Assembly (NCBI GenBank): GCA_018674305.1
Contig: JABHAL010000010.1
Span: 25,708-89,707 of the forward strand
Direction of reading: 5' to 3'
DNA: 64,000 bases
Source: Candidatus Falkowbacteria bacterium
GTDB lineage: Bacteria > Patescibacteriota > Patescibacteriia > UBA11705 > JABHMO01
Positions 50,420 to 61,144 of the stretch are shown here, piece after piece. Position 1 is the first letter of the stretch. Each line of letters begins with the position of its first letter. The notes beneath the pieces are model-generated. The model ran no database searches and was not told where the DNA came from. It was given only the letters and a program-made list of their open reading frames with translations. The position numbers and the translations under genes were made by a program.

Positions 50420-51043
50420 TTATCTCCAATTATATAAGTAATCGACTAAAGAAATATTCCGCCAAGCTGGACCCTGCTTCCAACGAACCATAGAAAAAAC
50501 CTGAATACCTATTTGCTTATTGGGACAGGCTTGACCAGACACACAGATACCATCTCCACCACAAGCAGTTGTTGATTCACAAATTGGACGATTCTCAACC
50601 ATGCGATAATAATTAGTTGGCTCGTCAGATTCAACTGAACTATAAAAACCCTTATCATCAAAATACAGCCGACACATTTCATCTTCCTGACAATCATCGA
50701 AATCCATCCCTGTCGATTTCAGGGTCCATTCACCATCATAAGGACTAATATAAACAATAAATCGATAATCAAGCCCATCCTGTAAAAAAGTATTCCAGTA
50801 AACGCAATTTTCTTCATCATCTGGATCAAAACAACCCTTCAACCAATTAGAATCGCGGGTATTACGAACAACCTCAACTCCTTCGCGAGCTAAATTCAAG
50901 GCTGTATTTCTATTGATTGATTCAGAAATTGCGATAAAACTTTGTGTAGAGCGTGACAAGAAACCAACTAACGCAATCGCAATAATAGCCACTGCGATAA
51001 TGGCTTCAATCAAAGTTTGACCTTGTTTATTTTGGCTTAACAT
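50420..51043 (-). CDS. PilV-like prepilin
   Basis: KQG-QTLIEAII; ALNLAREGVEVVRN.RD; YLYNWR end. Confidence 0.82.
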   Translation of the reverse strand: MLSQNKQGQTLIEAIIAVAIIAIALVGFLSRSTQSFIAISESINRNTALNLAREGVEVVRNTRDSNWLKGCFDPDDEENCVYWNTFLQDGLDYRFIVYISPYDGEWTLKSTGMDFDDCQEDEMCRLYFDDKGFYSSVESDEPTNYYRMVENRPICESTTACGGDGICVSGQACPNKQIGIQVFSMVRWKQGPAWRNISLVDYLYNWR

Positions 51044-51047
51044 AAAA

Positions 51048-51560
51048 TTAATTTCCCGAAGTTACCAATCCCGACTCTAAATCAACAACTAAATATCGTA
51101 TTTCCTCAGATTTTTTTGATTTTAAATGAAATGTATAACCACCACTCTGTTCACAGTCGCCACCAGCTAAACAAGTATTATGTCCTTGCTGGTCCCAACG
51201 AAAGCAAATTATCTTATTTAGGAAGTTTTGAAACTCTACACCTTCAGTCAAATTAATCACTTGATCAATTTCGTCGCCTGTATTGAAGTTGCAATCTGCA
51301 TTATTATCAAAAAATAAAGTATATGCTTTACCACTAGGTTCTATTTTTAAACCGTACATTTCCGAGCTTTGATGGTTGTTCATCTTTCCAGACAATGCGT
51401 TGATCTTCTGTTCGTTTAATTTTTGCTCCAAAAGATTAACTTCGTTCGCTAGACTTTGCCTTTGACTTTGATTTGAAAAACTCAAAACACCCATAGTTGT
51501 GATTATGGCAACTATAGCAATAGAAACGATCAATTCGATCAAACTAAATCCTTTTTTCAT
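51048..51560 (-). CDS. FimT/GspH-like prepilin
   Basis: KKG-FSLIELIV methylation motif. Confidence 0.82.
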   Translation of the reverse strand: MKKGFSLIELIVSIAIVAIITTMGVLSFSNQSQRQSLANEVNLLEQKLNEQKINALSGKMNNHQSSEMYGLKIEPSGKAYTLFFDNNADCNFNTGDEIDQVINLTEGVEFQNFLNKIICFRWDQQGHNTCLAGGDCEQSGGYTFHLKSKKSEEIRYLVVDLESGLVTSGN

Positions 51561-51561
51561 A

Positions 51562-52350
51562 CTACAAACCTAGGTTTGTTAAATACCAAGCTAATAGTTG
51601 TTGTCCCCAAAATAAAGCTACAAAGGTGGAACCCGTCAGAAACACACCAAAAGGCACCGGGCTTTTCATAGTTTTTATTTTGAAAGCTAAAAGTATTACA
51701 CTAATCACAGCACCAGAAACATAAGCTAAAATTAGAGCCACAAAAATTATTGGCCAACCAAGCATAAATCCCATTACTGCGCCTAAACGAATATCACCAC
51801 CGCCAACCCATTTACCCTTGGAAACCCAATACTGCAGAGCAAAAAAACCACCACCAATCAGACCAGCTACTATCAAATTAATTAGAATTGAAAAGTAATT
51901 TCCTGAATGACTTAAAATAAAAAAGTTTACCAAAAAGGCAAACACCATTAACGGTATAGAAACTGCATCAAAAATTAAATAATACCGTAGGTCAGTTGTA
52001 AAAATAATAATTAATCCCGCCACAAAAACTAAATCTCGAAAGAACATAGGATTTGCCATAGCTTGACCCACTTGATGATGATAAGCTAAAAAAACAAACA
52101 GCAAACCCGTCACCAATTCAACACTTGGATATTGCCAAGAAATCTTCTGTTTACAACCACGACACTTAGCCTTTAACCAAATAAAACTAAAAATTGGAAC
52201 TAGATCATAGTTCTTTAATTTTTGGTGACAGTGAGGACAGTTCGACCGCTTTTTCCAGATTGATTTTTTTTCTGGCAAGCGATAAATCACCACATTTAAG
52301 AAGCTTCCAATACAAGCTCCAATTATGAAGATTAAAACGTAAGTTAACAT
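51562..52350 (-). CDS. pilD: Prepilin peptidase
   Basis: GSFLNVVIYRLP, RS.CPHC, CRGC, ISWQYP.VE, GGGD, PFGVFL; start placed at MLTY. Confidence 0.92.
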   Translation of the reverse strand: MLTYVLIFIIGACIGSFLNVVIYRLPEKKSIWKKRSNCPHCHQKLKNYDLVPIFSFIWLKAKCRGCKQKISWQYPSVELVTGLLFVFLAYHHQVGQAMANPMFFRDLVFVAGLIIIFTTDLRYYLIFDAVSIPLMVFAFLVNFFILSHSGNYFSILINLIVAGLIGGGFFALQYWVSKGKWVGGGDIRLGAVMGFMLGWPIIFVALILAYVSGAVISVILLAFKIKTMKSPVPFGVFLTGSTFVALFWGQQLLAWYLTNLGL

Positions 52351-52424
52351 AAATATATAAGTTCCAAGTTTCAAGATCCAAGTACCAAGTTATCACTTGA
52401 AACTTGTTACTTGTCGCTTGTTAT

Positions 52425-53417
52425 TTAGACTTTTTCTACCATTTCAACTAACCGATTCGCATAACCCCATTCATTATCATACCAAGCTAGAACTTTGACT
52501 AAATTACCGTCAACCACTTTTGTAAATTTAAGATCAACAATTGCTGAAGCGGTTGTCCCGATAATGTCACTTGAAACTAATTCATCTTCGCTAACTTCAA
52601 GCACTCCCTTAAAATGAACCATTTTTGAATATTTTTTGAAGGCTTGATTGACCTGCTTTTCAGTAACATTTTTCTTTAACAAGGCCACCACGTCAACTAA
52701 GGACCCAGTAATCATTGGCACTCGGATGGACATACCATCGAATTTGCCTTTTAAATTGGGTAATACTTTACCAGTGGCAATTGCAGCACCAGTAGTAGTT
52801 GGAATAATATTACCAAGAACAGAACGTCCACGACGCCAATCTTTTTCATAAGCCAAATCAACCGTTCTTTGAGATGAAGTAACTGCGTGAATAGTTGAGA
52901 GCATGGCTTTTTCTACACCGAATGCACTTTCCAAAACTGCCATAATTGGTGAAACACAATTTGTAGTACAAGACGCATTTGCAAAAGCTTTTTCTTTTTT
53001 TACATTATTATCATTAATACCCCGCACCACCGTCATTACACCTTCATCTTTTATTGGAGCAGACAAAATTACATTTTTCGCTCCAGCGGTTAAATGCTTT
53101 TTGACCTCGTTGGTTTTGCGAAAGGCACCAGTACACTCCAGGGCGACATTAACCTTATGTTTTTTCCAGGGAAGTTTTGCTGGATCGGCAATTGAATAAA
53201 CTGGAAACTTCCTACCATTAACAACTAAATGCTGACCACTAACACTGATTTTTTTGTCAAACTTTCCGTGAGCGGTGTCATATTTCAAAAGATAAGCTAA
53301 ATTATTTATATCAGCCAAATCATTTATAGCTACAATCCTTAGATTCTTTTTTGTTAACGCAACTTTAAATGCAGCTCGGCCTACCCGGCCAAAGCCATTG
53401 ATTGCTACTTTAGTCAT
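52425..53417 (-). CDS. gap: Type I glyceraldehyde-3-phosphate dehydrogenase
   Basis: INGFGRVGR, NASCTTNC, NIIPTTTGAA, WYDNEWGY. Confidence 0.97.
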   Translation of the reverse strand: MTKVAINGFGRVGRAAFKVALTKKNLRIVAINDLADINNLAYLLKYDTAHGKFDKKISVSGQHLVVNGRKFPVYSIADPAKLPWKKHKVNVALECTGAFRKTNEVKKHLTAGAKNVILSAPIKDEGVMTVVRGINDNNVKKEKAFANASCTTNCVSPIMAVLESAFGVEKAMLSTIHAVTSSQRTVDLAYEKDWRRGRSVLGNIIPTTTGAAIATGKVLPNLKGKFDGMSIRVPMITGSLVDVVALLKKNVTEKQVNQAFKKYSKMVHFKGVLEVSEDELVSSDIIGTTASAIVDLKFTKVVDGNLVKVLAWYDNEWGYANRLVEMVEKV

Positions 53418-53656
53418 AAAATAAAATATTAATTATTAATTACCAATTGATCAATCACCTAAAATCTAAATAAACCTAAATGAACAAATTCGAAAATAAT
53501 TTCAAACCTTTGGAAATTTTTATTTTAAATTTATCTGGGACTTAGAGTTTTGATCCATTGATTAATTTCATTAGCTTTATTATAACAAATTTTACCCATT
53601 TTGGCGAAAAAAACAGAGGTGTGGATACCTCTGCTTTTATGTAATATTTTGTCTAC

Positions 53657-54415
53657 TTAATCAAGTTGAAATTTTCTTATAAACACCTTAGCAATCTCAC
53701 TCTCTAAATTCTCAGCAAATTCTATTTGCACAAACTGATCAGAAACTGGAATAACAATAGCGGTACTATCTACATAATATTTAAATCCAATCTTGCCAGC
53801 AATAGAGATCAAAGAGGACTCTTCATCAGCGAAATTATTACTGTCCGTAACTGTAACAATAACGTCCCCGACATCCTCGGAATCATCTGGACGAATCTGG
53901 CCGTCAGCAAAAAAATGCACCTGTTTAACATATGGTCTATCAAAATAAGTCCAGGAATTTGGAAAATAAGTAGTCACTCCATACTTAGCAAAACTTAGCC
54001 AATCATCTTCAATCTCTAAAATATCTTCATCAAGTTCTGCCTCTAAATCATCTGCATCTATATTCCCACTCATCCAAGAAAAAGCCTCACTCGACTCTGA
54101 TGGTGTAAATGCACTAGTAAACTGCGCGGGAAGGATATCTTTCAGTGCCTCCTGGAATATCACTCTAGTAATTCTAGTTTCCATATACATGGCACCAAAC
54201 AAGACACCAAAAGCAATGAATACACAGAATATTAAAACTGTGATCATGATCGCAAGACCTTTGAAATAATGAACTTCAGTTTTCAATAATCGAATTCTAA
54301 TCTGATCATCTGTTAATTTTTGCTCTAACTGTTTTTTTGTTTTTTCTACTGGTTTCTTTTTTGTTGTTTTTGTTGTTTTTGTCGTTTTTTTTGTTTTTGC
54401 TGGCATAAAGTACAA
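53657..54415 (-). CDS. Single-TM hypothetical protein
   Basis: Lys/Thr 9-mer-encoded N-terminus, TM, YGVTTYFPNSW PsbP-like motif. Confidence 0.7.
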   Translation of the reverse strand: MYFMPAKTKKTTKTTKTTKKKPVEKTKKQLEQKLTDDQIRIRLLKTEVHYFKGLAIMITVLIFCVFIAFGVLFGAMYMETRITRVIFQEALKDILPAQFTSAFTPSESSEAFSWMSGNIDADDLEAELDEDILEIEDDWLSFAKYGVTTYFPNSWTYFDRPYVKQVHFFADGQIRPDDSEDVGDVIVTVTDSNNFADEESSLISIAGKIGFKYYVDSTAIVIPVSDQFVQIEFAENLESEIAKVFIRKFQLD

Positions 54416-54502
54416 ATATAAAAATTAAAAATAGAAAGCTTAAAGCACTTACTTTCAACTTTCAACATTTAACTTTTAACTGCCATTATTATACCACATT
54501 AT

Positions 54503-55267
54503 TTAATTCAAGAAAACAATACTCTGGATAAAATAATCCACTTCCGGTAATATTTCATCAGGAACAAAGGCCATTACATAAAAATCCTCCCGAGGATAAA
54601 CGATAACCAAATGACTATCTTCCTGGTCGGAACCTTCATTATCTTGAAAATATCGATACAGAATATACTTTTGGTTCAGAATATTTTCCTTAACAAAACA
54701 ATTTCTAACTTCACCCAAATCTAACAATTTCAGTTTTTTGAACAGTTGCCCATCACATTCCCCAGATTGATTTTGGGACAATACTTCTTGAACTGCCAGG
54801 TTAGCATAATCAACTTTCTCAGCCAAAGAAAAATCATAAGTCGCCACCGTCAACTCTAGAGACTCAGTCTCCTCTGCTTTACTAAATTTACCAAAATAGC
54901 GAAAGCCTTCATAATCTTCAACCTGTTTATCGTCCTTATTTTCCAAAGAAAAACTTCCCCAATTTGCAGGGCTTTTGAATTGAAATTTAAAATCACTGTT
55001 TTGATAAATTCGCCACTGCTTAGTAGCCTCTGTAAACTTCAAAGCTTTTTGGGCAGTTTGCTCATCGGAAACTGAGAATTGATCAATCTTATCATTGGTG
55101 GTATTTATCTGCTGAATTAAATTAAAAACACCTTGTTCCACATTTTTCAGATCAGTATAAATATAATTTACAAACATTAGAACAAAAACAAAAAGTACAA
55201 CCAGCACTACAATTAGAACCCCAGACCAAGTAAATTTAATCTTCTTGCTTTTTTTTCGTTTAGGCAT
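54503..55267 (-). CDS. Single-TM hypothetical protein
   Basis: Basic N-terminus, TM, WRIYQN..FKFQFKSPANW PsbP-like motif. Confidence 0.7.
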   Translation of the reverse strand: MPKRKKSKKIKFTWSGVLIVVLVVLFVFVLMFVNYIYTDLKNVEQGVFNLIQQINTTNDKIDQFSVSDEQTAQKALKFTEATKQWRIYQNSDFKFQFKSPANWGSFSLENKDDKQVEDYEGFRYFGKFSKAEETESLELTVATYDFSLAEKVDYANLAVQEVLSQNQSGECDGQLFKKLKLLDLGEVRNCFVKENILNQKYILYRYFQDNEGSDQEDSHLVIVYPREDFYVMAFVPDEILPEVDYFIQSIVFLN

Positions 55268-55288
55268 TTATAATCAGAATTAATTTAA

Positions 55289-56452
55289 CTAAGGAGTAAT
55301 TTTCTCCCATAAAGTTATAAAAAAATCTTTGAATCGTAATAAATCTCTACCTGTTACAACCACAACTAACAACATCAGAAAAGCAAAACCAGCTGCATGA
55401 ACTATCTGTTCTGTTTTTTGTTTGATTGGTTTACCTCTCAATTTTTCAACTATTAAAAACAAAACTCTACCGCCATCTAATGCTGGCAAAGGCAAGAAAT
55501 TAATAATCGCTAAATTCAATGATAATAACGCAGTAAATTGCAAAATGTAAACAAAGCCCATACGCGCAACCTGTCCGGTCATGACCGCAATACCTACCGG
55601 CCCTGCTACATCAATTCCCAAAGGCTGACCAACAATTGCATTTTTGATTACTGTATAAAAAGCTACAATAATTTGCACAAACATTATTATCGTGGCCTTG
55701 ATTCCCAACCAGATCGATTGATACCAAGGATACGAAACTGTTCCGGTCTTGGCCAAACCAATACCTACCGCTTTTTCACTCAATTCTTCTATCTCTACTG
55801 CTGAAACTGTAAATTCCATTTCCTCATCAAGTCTTTTAATTGTAAAGTTTAACGGCTCCTCCTCATTCTGATCAATATAATCTTGCACAGCTTGAACTTC
55901 TGTAAATTTTTCTCCATTTATACTAAGAACAACATCACCCATCTTTAAACCGATTTCTTCAGCTGGAGAATCTTCCAAAATCGACATGATCTGTACTTTC
56001 GGATTTTGAATGTGAGCTTGTGCCAAATCACCGTCAATAACTTGCGGTGCGCCAATCATAAAAGCAATGATCAAGCAAACTGCAGCTAAAATCACATTCA
56101 TAGTCACACCAGCACTTAAAATTGTAGCTCGCTTCCAAGCTTTTTTGCCACCGAAACTATCTGGATCGGCCTTACTTTCTCCATCTTCGCCTTTAATTTT
56201 CACAAAACCACCAAGTGGAATCCAGTTCATGGAATAAATTGTATCGTCAGATTTAATTTCTTCAGTGGCTTTATTTCCCCAGAAAAATTTGCGTTTACCA
56301 TTAACTTTGCGCCAGCCAAAAATTCTAGGTGGGAATCCAAAACCAAACTCGTCACATTTAACTCCCAATTTACGGGCAGTCCAAAAGTGGCCCAATTCAT
56401 GGAAAAAGACCATCACTCCTAAGATAATAATGAAAACAATTAACGTGAACAT
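55289..56452 (-). CDS. rseP: RIP metalloprotease RseP
   Basis: HELGH, IPLGGFVKI, AGV.MN, PDZ domain, GPVGI, NFLPLPALDGG; start placed at MFTL. Confidence 0.93.
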   Translation of the reverse strand: MFTLIVFIIILGVMVFFHELGHFWTARKLGVKCDEFGFGFPPRIFGWRKVNGKRKFFWGNKATEEIKSDDTIYSMNWIPLGGFVKIKGEDGESKADPDSFGGKKAWKRATILSAGVTMNVILAAVCLIIAFMIGAPQVIDGDLAQAHIQNPKVQIMSILEDSPAEEIGLKMGDVVLSINGEKFTEVQAVQDYIDQNEEEPLNFTIKRLDEEMEFTVSAVEIEELSEKAVGIGLAKTGTVSYPWYQSIWLGIKATIIMFVQIIVAFYTVIKNAIVGQPLGIDVAGPVGIAVMTGQVARMGFVYILQFTALLSLNLAIINFLPLPALDGGRVLFLIVEKLRGKPIKQKTEQIVHAAGFAFLMLLVVVVTGRDLLRFKDFFITLWEKITP

Positions 56453-56588
56453 AAACGACATAATATCCAATACACAATACACAATTCATAATAAAACTTG
56501 TTTATTGTTTATTGTTTATGATTTAATTTTTATTAATTTATATTTATTGTTTATTTTATTGGGTATTTGGTATTTGTCACTGGTTATT

Positions 56589-57311
56589 CTAACTAATTTT
56601 ATCAAACCCTATCTTAAACGCGCTCAATGATAAACCAGCTACCTTACGCTTCCCAGATACATCAACAGCACTATGATATTCAAATAATACACATAACTTT
56701 TTGGGGTCTTCAGATAAATCCGTAAAAAAACCTATTACACGAGTTTTGTAATCACTATTTGATGACCTGGACTTAAATTCATCACCAACTTTATATCCTT
56801 TATATTCGTGTAGTTCTAATAAAACCTCCTTAATTTGACCAACATTTTCAGTGTTTTCATATTTGGATTCAACTGGTCCGGCAATTTTAATTAAACTAGC
56901 CATTTCAAAAGTATGCCATGAATTAAAAACATCTAGAAAAACCTTAGCAAGTAGTTTAACAGGTTCCACCGTCTCGATTCGTCCAGGTTGAAAATCTCCT
57001 TCTGGGGTCATAACGACTACCCGATCACCCTCCTTCATTTCTGTAATCTCCACAAATTCATTTTCTGGCGATATCTTCATCTCCTTGGTTTCAATAAACT
57101 CAACTATTTCCTCTTTTTTTGTAATGTAATCGCGCATCACTTGAAGCGCCTCTTTACTTCCAGCTTCGGCCTTTTCTTTCAAGTCAGCAAATCCAAATCC
57201 ACCTGAAATTACTTCTAACTCAGACATTATTTTATCAAAATGCGCTTGCTGAACTTCGTTGAAGTTAGCATGCAAGGATTTTTCGGTTAAAGATTGTTCG
57301 GGATTTAACAT
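56589..57311 (-). CDS. Constant-N/variable-C family paralog 5
   Basis: MLNPEQSL... same N-terminal block; MKEGDRVVV and YKVGDEFK. Confidence 0.85.
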   Translation of the reverse strand: MLNPEQSLTEKSLHANFNEVQQAHFDKIMSELEVISGGFGFADLKEKAEAGSKEALQVMRDYITKKEEIVEFIETKEMKISPENEFVEITEMKEGDRVVVMTPEGDFQPGRIETVEPVKLLAKVFLDVFNSWHTFEMASLIKIAGPVESKYENTENVGQIKEVLLELHEYKGYKVGDEFKSRSSNSDYKTRVIGFFTDLSEDPKKLCVLFEYHSAVDVSGKRKVAGLSLSAFKIGFDKIS

Positions 57312-57391
57312 AATTTTCAGTAAACGGTAAACGTTAAACAATAAACCTTTAATTACTTATTGGATATTAGGTATTGGGCATTTGATATTGG

Positions 57392-58117
57392 TTACTCCTT
57401 GGCGTTAGTATTTATTTTCTTGAAATTTCTAGAAAAATCAGCTATATACCAATGACCGACCTTCCTTTTTCCAGCCTTATCTAAATCATAATCTATAAAC
57501 TCACCTAAAATTTTTAACTTTCCGTGAACAAGCACAAATCCTATCAAACGATTTTTCCAGTTTTGGACCTTTGATTTAAACTCGTCACCAACTTTATACT
57601 GCTCAAACTCATGAAGCTCTAATAAAAGTTCTTTGTCATCAACCTCTTCCTCACCAACAACTGTGTATTTTTCACCAACTGGTCCGGCGATTTTAGCTAA
57701 CCTTGTTATCATATATCCACGAGTAACATCTTCCTCATCCATTTTAACGTTTACGCCCAGAAAAGCATCCGGACTTGAGCAGATTGTCCCTATTTGAAAT
57801 TGTCTTGCTCCATCTAAAATTAACACGCTGTCACCATTTTTAAGTTCTGTTATCTCCACAAATTCATTTTCTGGCGATATATTCATTTCCTTTGTTTCAA
57901 TAAACTCCACAATTTCTTCTTTCTTCGCGATGTAATCTCGCATCACCTGAAGAGCTTCCTTACTTCCAGCCTCAGCTTTTGCTTTTAGCTCAGCAAAGCC
58001 TAACCCACCTGAGATCACTTCTAACTCAGACATTAGTTTATCAAAATGAGCTTGCTGACTTTCATCAAAGTTTGCATGCAAAGATTTTTCGATTAAAGAT
58101 TGTTCTAGCTTAAACAT
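57392..58117 (-). CDS. Constant-N/variable-C family paralog 6
   Basis: Same N-terminal block; LKNGDSVLI, KIAGP, YKVGDEFK. Confidence 0.85.
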   Translation of the reverse strand: MFKLEQSLIEKSLHANFDESQQAHFDKLMSELEVISGGLGFAELKAKAEAGSKEALQVMRDYIAKKEEIVEFIETKEMNISPENEFVEITELKNGDSVLILDGARQFQIGTICSSPDAFLGVNVKMDEEDVTRGYMITRLAKIAGPVGEKYTVVGEEEVDDKELLLELHEFEQYKVGDEFKSKVQNWKNRLIGFVLVHGKLKILGEFIDYDLDKAGKRKVGHWYIADFSRNFKKINTNAKE

Positions 58118-58123
58118 AGTTAA

Positions 58124-58843
58124 TTATCTAATTTTTTTACACTTTAACAAAAAAGGTTCAGGCTCATTATAGTACACAAAATACTTCCCAGTCGCTTCAT
58201 CAACATTATCAATAGTTTCATATAACAATTTAACCACACCACGGTCCAAAACAAATGCAATCAATCGCACTTTATAGGGAGTATTTTTTACCGCAAACTC
58301 ATCACCAACCTTGAAATCTTCATATTGATGAGTTTCTAACAAAAGAACATCCAACTGTTCTTCAGTTGATACAGGGTTGCCATATTTAAGACCAAATGGA
58401 CCAGCTATTTTTGCTAATGTTAGCAATGGACACCTAGTAATTCTCATTCCATCAAAAGCTACTTTTGCCCTTTTACTATCACCAAAATCAAAAAAATCTT
58501 TTATTTCACCTATCTTTCCATGTCTCCATGAACCCTCCTGTAAAAACGTAACCGTATCATTAACTTTTATTTCAGTAATTTCTACAATCGGATTCGCCTC
58601 GAAATCTGGCATTTTCTTGGTTTCAATAAACTCAACTATCTGTTCTTTCTTGGCAATATAATCCCGCATCACCTGAAGAGCTTCCGTACTTCCAGCCTCA
58701 GCTTTTTCTTTTAGCTCAGCAAACCCTAATCCACCCGAGATTACTTCTAACTCAGACATTAATTTATCAAAATGCATCTGCTGAACTTCGGTGAAGTTAG
58801 CTTTGAGTGCGTTTTCTTGTAATTGTTGTTCTGGGTTAATCAT
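58124..58843 (-). CDS. Constant-N/variable-C family paralog 7
   Basis: Same N-terminal block; IKVNDTVTF, KIAGP, FKVGDEF. Confidence 0.85.
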   Translation of the reverse strand: MINPEQQLQENALKANFTEVQQMHFDKLMSELEVISGGLGFAELKEKAEAGSTEALQVMRDYIAKKEQIVEFIETKKMPDFEANPIVEITEIKVNDTVTFLQEGSWRHGKIGEIKDFFDFGDSKRAKVAFDGMRITRCPLLTLAKIAGPFGLKYGNPVSTEEQLDVLLLETHQYEDFKVGDEFAVKNTPYKVRLIAFVLDRGVVKLLYETIDNVDEATGKYFVYYNEPEPFLLKCKKIR

Positions 58844-58844
58844 A

Positions 58845-58955
58845 TAATACGAATGAATTAAGATACGAATGCCGCGAATATTCGAATGCCACGAATAGAA
58901 TCCAAAATATTTATTCGCATATTAGCATCATTCGCATGAGAGTATATTCGTATCA
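58845..58955. repeat. Inverted degenerate 8-mer repeats (ACGAAT/ATTCG)
   Basis: ATACGAAT/GCGAAT/ACGAAT runs followed by ATTCGCAT/ATTCGTAT, overlapping the murI 3' end. Confidence 0.7.
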
Positions 58956-59821
58956 ATCTTATGTAACTCAATTTTCTCACCAAAAAACTTATCTGCTGTT
59001 TCCTGAAAATTATCGCTTAGATCTGTCACTAAATATTTGGTTTGTGAATTTTTACTTAAATCATTATCAATTTCCGGATGCCTCTTTAAATAATCTTTTA
59101 AACTCTTGGCCACAATCTCACCAGGATTAGGAACCAAGCAATTCGGCCCCATTATTTGTTTAATTTGTTCTATTAATAATGGATAATGAGTACAAGCTAA
59201 AACTAAAACTTGAACCGCTTGCTCTCGCAATGGTTGAATATATTTTTCTAAAATAACTTTGGTTTCAGGTTCATTCATCCAGCCTTCCTCAATCAACGGC
59301 ACCAGCAATGGACAAGCTTGTTGAACTATATTGAGTTCATGAACCTTTGACCCTGAACCTTTACCCCTTCCTTGCCCCTGAATCCTGACTCCTTGACCCT
59401 TTAATTCTACCACATAAATGTTCGAATTAACAGTTCCTCGCGTGCCAATTATTCCAACTTTACTACAACCAAGCCCTGCCACATACTCTGCCATCGGCCG
59501 CACCACTCCCAGTATATTAAATTCGTCATTCCGGACTTGATCCGGAATCTCACGAACAAGGCCGGGTAGCCACTCTTGCTGCAATCGTCTCAACGCTTTC
59601 GCACTGGCAGTATTACAAGCAACTATAATTAATTTGCAACCATTTTTAAATAAATAATCACACGCCTTTCTGGTCAAACCAAAGATAGCCTCATCAGATC
59701 TATTTCCGTAAGGAACATGAAGTGTATCACCCAAATACATATAATCGTATTTCGGCAAACTACGTTTAATTTCTTTTAATACGGTTAATCCACCTAAACC
59801 GCTATCAAAGACACCAATCAT
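58928..59821 (-). CDS. murI: Glutamate racemase with two repeat-derived insertions
   Basis: IGVFDSGLGGLTV, PYG, VACNTAS, LACTHYP. Confidence 0.95.
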   Translation of the reverse strand: MIGVFDSGLGGLTVLKEIKRSLPKYDYMYLGDTLHVPYGNRSDEAIFGLTRKACDYLFKNGCKLIIVACNTASAKALRRLQQEWLPGLVREIPDQVRNDEFNILGVVRPMAEYVAGLGCSKVGIIGTRGTVNSNIYVVELKGQGVRIQGQGRGKGSGSKVHELNIVQQACPLLVPLIEEGWMNEPETKVILEKYIQPLREQAVQVLVLACTHYPLLIEQIKQIMGPNCLVPNPGEIVAKSLKDYLKRHPEIDNDLSKNSQTKYLVTDLSDNFQETADKFFGEKIELHKIDTNILSCE

Positions 59822-60000
59822 AGAAAAACAAGATATTAGACAAATATTGACTACTATTAACCTAATATTATAACCTTACTTGCCCAGAGTTCATCGAAGG
59901 GTATTTTACTATTTTAGCAGAAATTACAGTAACAGTAAATATACTTGACAAAAACAACTTTTTGAGTTAAACTTGCTTGTAATCACAATGAGGTGTCTAA

Positions 60001-60291
60001 ATGATTGAAATACAAATCGAAGAAAGACCTAGTCCTGAACTAAAAATCGCCTTTGTACAAAAACTGGATAACGGCAACACCGTATTGAAAGTTCTTTTAC
60101 TATCTGAACACTTGGACATTCTTTTTGAAAAAATACTTGAACTCAAACCTGGGTACAGTTTTCACGAATACACTCAGGAAGTAAAAAGAAGAATTGAAGG
60201 AAAGAGTGTAGATGACGCAATCAAAGAGATCCGATTTTTCAATCAATCAAGTCCAACCGTTGTACATCATTTGAGAAAAAGGGAGGAATAA
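60001..60291 (+). CDS. Orphan protein
   Basis: TTGACA-17-TAAACT at 59945-59973; SD GAGGTG. Confidence 0.65.
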   Translation: MIEIQIEERPSPELKIAFVQKLDNGNTVLKVLLLSEHLDILFEKILELKPGYSFHEYTQEVKRRIEGKSVDDAIKEIRFFNQSSPTVVHHLRKREE

Positions 60292-60293
60292 CC

Positions 60294-60581
60294 ATGCTAA
60301 CAGTTATGCTTAAGTCCCCACGACCTGAATGTCAAGTTTACATCCGTGAATTTCACAAGCCTGACAATCCAGCCTTGTTCGTTACCATTCGGGTAATGGA
60401 CCCACAAGATCAAATCTTGCTTGAAAGCCGGGCTACGATTTTACCAGGATACACCTCTGCTGACTTGCGCTATGATATGGAAACTGCCATGAGAGATTTG
60501 CCTCCGCATGACGGCAAAGGTGCTACGATTATAATCAATGATCTTATTCTCAGCATGCCAGAAAAATTACGGGTAGCCTAA
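60294..60581 (+). CDS. Orphan protein, probable distant paralog of 60001-60291
   Basis: SD GGAGG; shared P.PE, DN, IL.E and PGY(S/T); terminator ~60595-60621. Confidence 0.65.
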   Translation: MLTVMLKSPRPECQVYIREFHKPDNPALFVTIRVMDPQDQILLESRATILPGYTSADLRYDMETAMRDLPPHDGKGATIIINDLILSMPEKLRVA

Positions 60582-60679
60582 ACTAAAACACCACAACAGC
60601 CCAACGATTTGGGCTGTTTTTCTTTTTTAAATATTATGTTAAAATTTTAGTAGACCCATTCATTTAACGGAGACTAAAA

Positions 60680-61144
60680 ATGGCTAACTCAACAAATTCA
60701 GCAGAACAATTGAAGGATGTAGTTTTAGTAGGATCTGATCATGGCGGATTTGAGTTAAAACGGAAAATTCTGGATTTTCTTGAACTTAACTATATTCCTG
60801 TCGAGGATGTTGGCACTTATTTCAGCGAACCTTGCGACTATCCTGATATTGCCAGACTGGTAGCCGAGCCAATCTCTACTGGAACACACACTCGCGGAAT
60901 TTTAGTGTGCGGAACTGGACTGGGTATTTCAATTGCTGCGAACAAATCCCCAGGAGTACAAGCTGCGGTCGGCTACAATGAAATTGCAACTCAAATGGCT
61001 CGCGAACACAATGATGCTCACATCATCTGTTTTGGAGAACGTACTATGGACCATGATGAAGTTTTAAGGTGCGTAAAAATCTTTTTGGAAACGCCCTTTT
61101 CAAATGGAGAGAGACACATTAAAAGACTTCAGAAGCTCGAATAG
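60680..61144 (+). CDS. rpiB: Ribose-5-phosphate isomerase B
   Basis: GSDHGG, DYPD, GILVCGTGLG, AANK, REHND, RH..R. Confidence 0.95.
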   Translation: MANSTNSAEQLKDVVLVGSDHGGFELKRKILDFLELNYIPVEDVGTYFSEPCDYPDIARLVAEPISTGTHTRGILVCGTGLGISIAANKSPGVQAAVGYNEIATQMAREHNDAHIICFGERTMDHDEVLRCVKIFLETPFSNGERHIKRLQKLE

